From sequence record SRR22947727_3957: 33,014 nucleotides of DNA; one strand, written 5' to 3'. A program made the translations under genes and the position numbers. The number at the start of each line of letters is the position of its first letter. The first letter of the stretch is position 1. This document shows, piece by piece, positions 28,601-33,014 of the stretch. The notes beneath the pieces are model-generated. The model did no database searches. It saw only the letters and a program-made list of their open reading frames with translations, and was not told the origin of the DNA.

Positions 28601-28872
28601 TGCACACTTACATACACACTACTCAAAATACAAGAATAATCATTTAATAACATTAATTTAAAATGCTACATTCCATTGCAAATCCGTTTACACTGATATC
28701 GTTAATGTAATTTAATAAAATTGGTTTACTATATTAGGAGATTATCGTCGTCTGCCTGTCGTGTATTTTGGGCGTTTTGCAACGCAAATCAAGACTGGCA
28801 TCTTGAATTGAACTTTCCACCTAGTAATCGTACGTATCGCGCATCAGATGAAACTTACACGTTGAGATAAAT

Positions 28873-29694
28873 ATGAAAAAAATTCGTAAGGCAGTGTTTC
28901 CCGTAGCTGGATTTGGCACACGGTTTTTGCCCGCTACTAAGGCGATGCCAAAGGAACTTCTGCCCATCGTGGACAAGCCTCTGATCCATTATGCCGTCGA
29001 CGAGGCTATTGCGGCAGGGATTGACACACTGATTTTCATTACAGGCCGTAATAAGCGCGCAATCGAAGATCATTTCGACAATAACCAGGAGTTGGAAATG
29101 GCACTCCGCACAAAAGGCAAAGTTGAACAGGCTGATATGGTTAAAAACATTCTACCCGCTGGCGTTGAGTGCATTTTTGTCCGCCAGGCGGAGCAGCTCG
29201 GGCTTGGTCACGCTGTGCTCTGCGCAGAGCGTGTTGTTGGTGGTGATCCCTTCGCGGTCTTGCTCGCAGATGATTTTATTACCAGTGACGGTAGTGGAGT
29301 GACGGCAGACCTCATCAGTGCCTATGAGGCCACTGGTAGGACCCAGCTTAGCGTCATGGAAGTCAATGGTCCTGAAATTTCTAAGTATGGGGTTGTGGTG
29401 CCAAATAGGACACCTGGCTCCGTCGCAGGGTTGATCGAAAAACCAGAGGCAGACAAGGCACCATCAAATTTAGCTAGCATCGGTCGCTATGTTCTGACAC
29501 CTGATATTTTTGAAATCCTACGCAACCAACAAGCTGGCGCCGGTGGAGAGATCCAACTCGCAGATGCTATAAATACGCAGGCGGCCAATAATGCTGTTGA
29601 GGCGGTAAAGTTAAAGGGGAGTCGCTTTGATTGTGGCAGTGTGGAGGGATATTTGGACGCGATCATGCACGTAGCCGAGCGAAGAAAACGCTGA
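28873..29694 (+). CDS. galU: UTP--glucose-1-phosphate uridylyltransferase
   Basis: KAVFPVAGFGTRFLPATKAMPKELLP, IEDHFD, GLGHAV, EKP, GAGGEIQLADA, RFDCGS. Confidence 0.96.
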   Translation: MKKIRKAVFPVAGFGTRFLPATKAMPKELLPIVDKPLIHYAVDEAIAAGIDTLIFITGRNKRAIEDHFDNNQELEMALRTKGKVEQADMVKNILPAGVECIFVRQAEQLGLGHAVLCAERVVGGDPFAVLLADDFITSDGSGVTADLISAYEATGRTQLSVMEVNGPEISKYGVVVPNRTPGSVAGLIEKPEADKAPSNLASIGRYVLTPDIFEILRNQQAGAGGEIQLADAINTQAANNAVEAVKLKGSRFDCGSVEGYLDAIMHVAERRKR

Positions 29695-29733
29695 CCTGCA
29701 TACAAAAAAAATTAGTAGCGAAAATACATTTGC

Positions 29734-30633
29734 TTATTTCCAAATATTGTGTCGTGAAAACCGCAAGTACCTCGAGACAGTACTTGGATCGGACCACCCT
29801 CCCGCGCGCATAATCGCCGCCATGTCATAACCCTTGATCAATAAGTCTTGAGCCGCTCCCACTCTCAGGGAGTGCCCAGAAACTTCCAAGTCGCTCGGCC
29901 TATCGCACCCCTTCACTTTGATTACACCACGTTTGATGATGTCGTTAACGTTTCGGTCGCAGATTGAGCGGTCTATGAAGCGTCCATGGTTTATCGCGCA
30001 GAAGAGTGGCTCGATTTCTTTTGGCTTTAGTTGGAGCCAACGCCTGACTAACTTGGCACTCCTGTCAGATCCAAAGACGAGCCGGCCCCTCCCGTACTGG
30101 TCAGTTTTACTTTTTCTGATGAGACCCGTTAGTGCACCGTCTGTAGTGAACTTTAGGTCTCCATTTTTTATCGCTACGAGTTCAGAGCGGCGCGCCAGGA
30201 AGTCATAGCCAAGCGAGAGCAGGGCCCTGTTACGTGTGCCCGCGAGAGTGTCTGGCTGCGCGTCAATCATTCTAATGAGGATGTCATGGTTGATGCCAGC
30301 CGCCTGCCGCTGTTCCAAACACTTAGTCCGCTTCAGGCGGCGTATGGCAATGTAGACTTCCTCGCTGTGCGTATGGTCCTCAAATCCCAATAGCTTGTTT
30401 AATCTGCGCAGCGCCGAGATCCGCCTGCGGATAGAACTGTAACTGTAGTCCAGCTGCAGACTTTCTATGAAATAGCATAGCGTTTCAGACGTGAGTGGGA
30501 ATGGTTGGACTTTTCTTTGATTGCACCAATCGACAAATGATCGTGTGTCAGCATAATATGAACGAAGTGTGTTAGGCGCATAAGCTCCTTCAAGCTTTTG
30601 GAGGCATTTGTCTAATTTCATTAATTGTTCCAT
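29734..30633 (-). CDS. Cre-like tyrosine recombinase
   Basis: YAPNTLRSY SAM-like N-domain; catalytic set R (ARRSE), K (KSKTDQ), HSLR, W (AGGW), Y (VSRY). Start could be 30621. Confidence 0.92.
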   Translation of the reverse strand: MEQLMKLDKCLQKLEGAYAPNTLRSYYADTRSFVDWCNQRKVQPFPLTSETLCYFIESLQLDYSYSSIRRRISALRRLNKLLGFEDHTHSEEVYIAIRRLKRTKCLEQRQAAGINHDILIRMIDAQPDTLAGTRNRALLSLGYDFLARRSELVAIKNGDLKFTTDGALTGLIRKSKTDQYGRGRLVFGSDRSAKLVRRWLQLKPKEIEPLFCAINHGRFIDRSICDRNVNDIIKRGVIKVKGCDRPSDLEVSGHSLRVGAAQDLLIKGYDMAAIMRAGGWSDPSTVSRYLRFSRHNIWK

Positions 30634-30652
30634 TTGTCACATTTAGTGACAA
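30634..30652. promoter_or_regulatory. Putative XRE operator between divergent recombinase and xre starts
   Basis: TTGTCAC-attta-GTGACAA perfect 7-bp inverted repeat. Confidence 0.6.
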
Positions 30653-30670
30653 TTATTGAGGAAGTCAATA

Positions 30671-30910
30671 GTGACTAGTGAGCAAATCAAAATGGCTCGT
30701 GCTGCCCTCGGTTGGAGTATAGACCAACTTGCAGATAGAACTGATGTCAGTTCGCGAACAATAAAAAGGATTGAAGCCCAGGTTGGCTTACCAATTGCAA
30801 CTGAAGCAAATCTACGGCTTATTCGAGAAACTCTCGAAGCTGCGGGCATAGAATTCATCGGCGAGCCAGGTGAAGGCCACGGCGTGCGACTGTGGACTGA
30901 ACAGAATTGA
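30671..30910 (+). CDS. XRE family HTH transcriptional regulator
   Basis: Start moved to GTG 30671 (GAGGAAG 6 nt upstream). EQIKMARAALGWS...LA...VSSRTIKRIE...LEAAGIEFI...GVRL. Confidence 0.9.
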   Translation: MTSEQIKMARAALGWSIDQLADRTDVSSRTIKRIEAQVGLPIATEANLRLIRETLEAAGIEFIGEPGEGHGVRLWTEQN

Positions 30911-31005
30911 TCCCTACAGGCGTCTAATTAAAATCTACATACGGTACTCATAAGTGGGGTTCATCCCACATATTGTGATGTGGTAAGCTTTGCCCAATTT
31001 TAACA

Positions 31006-31662
31006 ATGACGGGCAGTGGCATGACACAGGCATTAAACCCCCAGGCAGTGGGCGAACTTTCACCTTTAGCACTTAATCACCTCCTCCCGGAGCGCCAGGC
31101 ACTTATTGGCGAATTCAGCCCGGCCTATGAGGCATTCTGTGAGGCGACCATCGCCGACCTCGACCCCCGAACGAATTACGAATACACCCAGGCGCTGCAG
31201 CTGGTGGATCTTAACTGGGCCATTCTGCAGGCGAAGGCCTCCGCGGACGTTGAACTATCAACGGGGACGGAGACCACCGTGAGATCTATGCTGGGCAAAG
31301 CCCTCGAGCGGGAGGGCGAGAGGGAATATGAGCGGGGCCTGAGGGTCTTCGTGGAGGGCGGTGGCGACGAGGATGACTTCGAGGACCCCGTTGACTGGGA
31401 CGCAATTGAGCTCCGCGTGGACAGGATTACGGAGGGGCTCAAGTCCGATGATTATTCCGAGCGCGCGCAGTGCGCTGCGGAGATAATCTCGGTCGGCATT
31501 GACCCCCGGCTCATCTTGAGTGCGCAGCTGCTGGGCAACGCCAGCTACAAGCGCCACTCTGAAAAATTGCCAGACCTGGAGAAGCGTGTCCGCCTGCTGT
31601 CCGCCGAGTACCGCGAGGTCCAGAGGTCGCGGCCCATAAACGTAATTCCGGCTTCGGAGTGA
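31006..31662 (+). CDS. Hypothetical protein (mobile-island type)
   Basis: 218-aa GC-rich ORF; LIGE...YEAF...LDPRTNYE...LVDLNW segment; ends 7 bp before the next ORF. Confidence 0.7.
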   Translation: MTGSGMTQALNPQAVGELSPLALNHLLPERQALIGEFSPAYEAFCEATIADLDPRTNYEYTQALQLVDLNWAILQAKASADVELSTGTETTVRSMLGKALEREGEREYERGLRVFVEGGGDEDDFEDPVDWDAIELRVDRITEGLKSDDYSERAQCAAEIISVGIDPRLILSAQLLGNASYKRHSEKLPDLEKRVRLLSAEYREVQRSRPINVIPASE

Positions 31663-31669
31663 CAGCGCC

Positions 31670-32233
31670 GTGACCCGGCGCGCCACGGGACCCGTGACTG
31701 CTGCGGGCAAGGCCATTTCCGCGCAAAACGCCCGCAGGCATGGACTGAGCGCTGAGCCCGCCGCAGATCTTGTCAGGGCCTGGTTCAATGTGGTCCTGGA
31801 CAATCCGAGGGACACATACGACGAACCGGACGCGGACACCCCGCGGCGGGAGGCAGCGCTGCGACTGGCCATTGCCGAGGCGCGCTACCACCGGGCCCTG
31901 GACAAATTACAGACCCACGCCCAAGAGCAAAATTCCGCGCAGGTGCGGGCGGGCGAGTTTCGGGGCATAATGCGCCAAGAAATTGCCAGCTTGGTGGACG
32001 AGGGCCGGGACGGCAGGCCCAATTTAGCGGCCCTAGATTACGCCAGTTCCGCCCTGCGGCGCATGGAGAGCCTGTCGCGGGACGTTGAGCGCGAGCGGCG
32101 CCTGTATCGCAGGTACCTGGGTGAGGCACGGGCGCAGCGCAGGAAGGCGCTGAGGGCCTGGTGTGCGTTCAATAGTGGCGGAAACAAAAATTCCCGAAAC
32201 GAACTCAAGTCACACGAGTGGGTGGGGACGTGA
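31670..32233 (+). CDS. Hypothetical protein with TGPxTxxGKxxSxxNAxxHGL motif
   Basis: TGPVTAAGKAISAQNARRHGL, a motif recalled from uncharacterised island/prophage proteins; Arg-rich C-terminus. Confidence 0.75.
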   Translation: MTRRATGPVTAAGKAISAQNARRHGLSAEPAADLVRAWFNVVLDNPRDTYDEPDADTPRREAALRLAIAEARYHRALDKLQTHAQEQNSAQVRAGEFRGIMRQEIASLVDEGRDGRPNLAALDYASSALRRMESLSRDVERERRLYRRYLGEARAQRRKALRAWCAFNSGGNKNSRNELKSHEWVGT

Positions 32234-32250
32234 ACCCACCGCTGTAAAGT

Positions 32251-32589
32251 CTACCGCCCGCGAATGCGGCGATACAACAGGCCCCCGGCAATCCCGAGGA
32301 GCACGCCAATCATGTCAGCGGCCCAGTCGTTGACGTCTGCGCTGCGATTAAATGTCGGCTGTATCACTTCAATGGCGCCGCCGAACGCACTCGCGCCAAT
32401 GAAGACCGGCAGCAGGCCAAAGCGGCCCGTGCGGGCCAGGGGGAAGGCGAGTGCGGCGAAGGCAATGAAGTGGACAATTTTGTCGCTGCCCGCCGGCGCT
32501 GGCGGCGGCTGGTCCAGGGGCCAGAGCATCGCGACGGTGAGCGCAAGGAGGACGATGAGTGTCAGGGGAATGTCGAGGTACTTGCGCAT
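32251..32589 (-). CDS. VanZ family membrane protein
   Basis: DKIVHFIAFAAL, IEVIQP..NRSA...DW.AD..G; hydrophobic. Confidence 0.88.
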   Translation of the reverse strand: MRKYLDIPLTLIVLLALTVAMLWPLDQPPPAPAGSDKIVHFIAFAALAFPLARTGRFGLLPVFIGASAFGGAIEVIQPTFNRSADVNDWAADMIGVLLGIAGGLLYRRIRGR

Positions 32590-32758
32590 GGCGCGGGTGT
32601 ACTGTCCCCATACTGCGATGGCAAGCGTCGGCTAATTTGGGGCGCTCAGCATTTGAATGGAAATGCTTCCCAGACCAGGGGCTTGTGGGTTCCAGTAAGG
32701 GCCAGGGTTCCGGCAGGTGATTTTCAGACACTTGCATTTGATTTTCCCAATCAATTGC

Positions 32759-32781
32759 GTTATCACATTTGTTATACATTT
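32759..32781 (+). promoter_or_regulatory. Tandem direct repeat upstream of the AbrB-type antitoxin (possible operator)
   Basis: GTTATCACATTT followed by GTTATACATTT. Confidence 0.4.
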
Positions 32782-32803
32782 CTGTAAGATTGGATGAAAC
32801 TCG

Positions 32804-33014
32804 ATGACTGCACTCACAATCAAATCTGTTGGTAATTCCGCTGGCGTTCTATTGCCGAAAGAAATTTTGACCAAACTCCGGGTCGATAAAGGGGACGTCT
32901 TGCATGTTATTGAAACTGAGAACGGCATTGAGCTTACTCCGTACGACCCTGAATTTGAAGCTCAGATGGCGGTTGCGGAAGACATCATGCGCGAAGATCG
33001 TGACATCTTGCGAA
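32804..33014 (+). CDS. AbrB/MazE family antitoxin, Doc-partner type (3' end outside window)
   Basis: Not in ORF track. Translates to MTALTIKSVGNSAGVLLPKEILTKLRVDKGDVLHVIETENGIELTPYDPEFEAQMAVAEDIMREDRDILR; GNS.GV.LPK motif plus YDPEF..QM. Confidence 0.9.
   Translation, partial: MTALTIKSVGNSAGVLLPKEILTKLRVDKGDVLHVIETENGIELTPYDPEFEAQMAVAEDIMREDRDILR

Noticed and set aside
27900-28872. Plasmid replication origin
   Set aside because: Only one mismatched DnaA-box-like sequence noticed (TTATCTACA, 28006-28014), no iteron series and no rep/parAB gene in the window.
731-30858. Numerous 60-160 aa nested or antisense ORFs in the track
   Set aside because: They overlap well-supported genes and lack motifs.
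32221-32240. Intrinsic terminator between convergent genes (GGTGGG-N8-CCCACC)
   Set aside because: Short 6-bp stem overlapping the stop codon and no U-tract; insufficient support.
32632-32928. 98-aa minus-strand ORF and other overlapping ORFs at 31176-32787
   Set aside because: Shadow frames of the AbrB antitoxin, vanZ and the GC-rich hypothetical genes.

Overview
This window looks like a mosaic surface-polysaccharide island, probably from a Rhodobacterales-type alphaproteobacterium (inferred from the rmlCBDA order, EPS-associated MarR and protein styles). The left edge holds the 5' end of a divergent RfaH/NusG-paralogue gene that the ORF track missed, plus an ops-like element. A roughly 26 kb plus-strand run follows: MarR-EPS, manB, a GDPD/HAD/triple BcbE-like nucleotidyltransferase/SnoaL module, ugd, a methyltransferase, a PglK-like ABC flippase, LicD, several glycosyltransferases, an Asn-synthetase-like enzyme, a P-loop kinase, a Wzy-like protein, a 2OG oxygenase, rmlCBDA, a GT2, and a carrier-like ORF/SxtJ/SxtK/carbamoyltransferase/SGNH module. 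The right part has a 5'-truncated doc, a Phd-RelE-type TA pair, a 1 kb palindrome-rich spacer, galU, a Cre-like recombinase with a divergent XRE gene, two related hypothetical genes, vanZ and a Doc-partner antitoxin cut by the window edge. The most interesting observation is an unannotated 49-aa SxtK/DUF5989 micro-protein ending in FIYTLF, which matches the DltX/AlgI tyrosine acyl-shuttle motif. It sits beside a cytoplasmic carbamoyltransferase and a membrane-anchored SGNH protein with no MBOAT, suggesting a trans-membrane glycan O-carbamoylation relay (hypothesis). All family calls come from recalled motifs; no searches were run.
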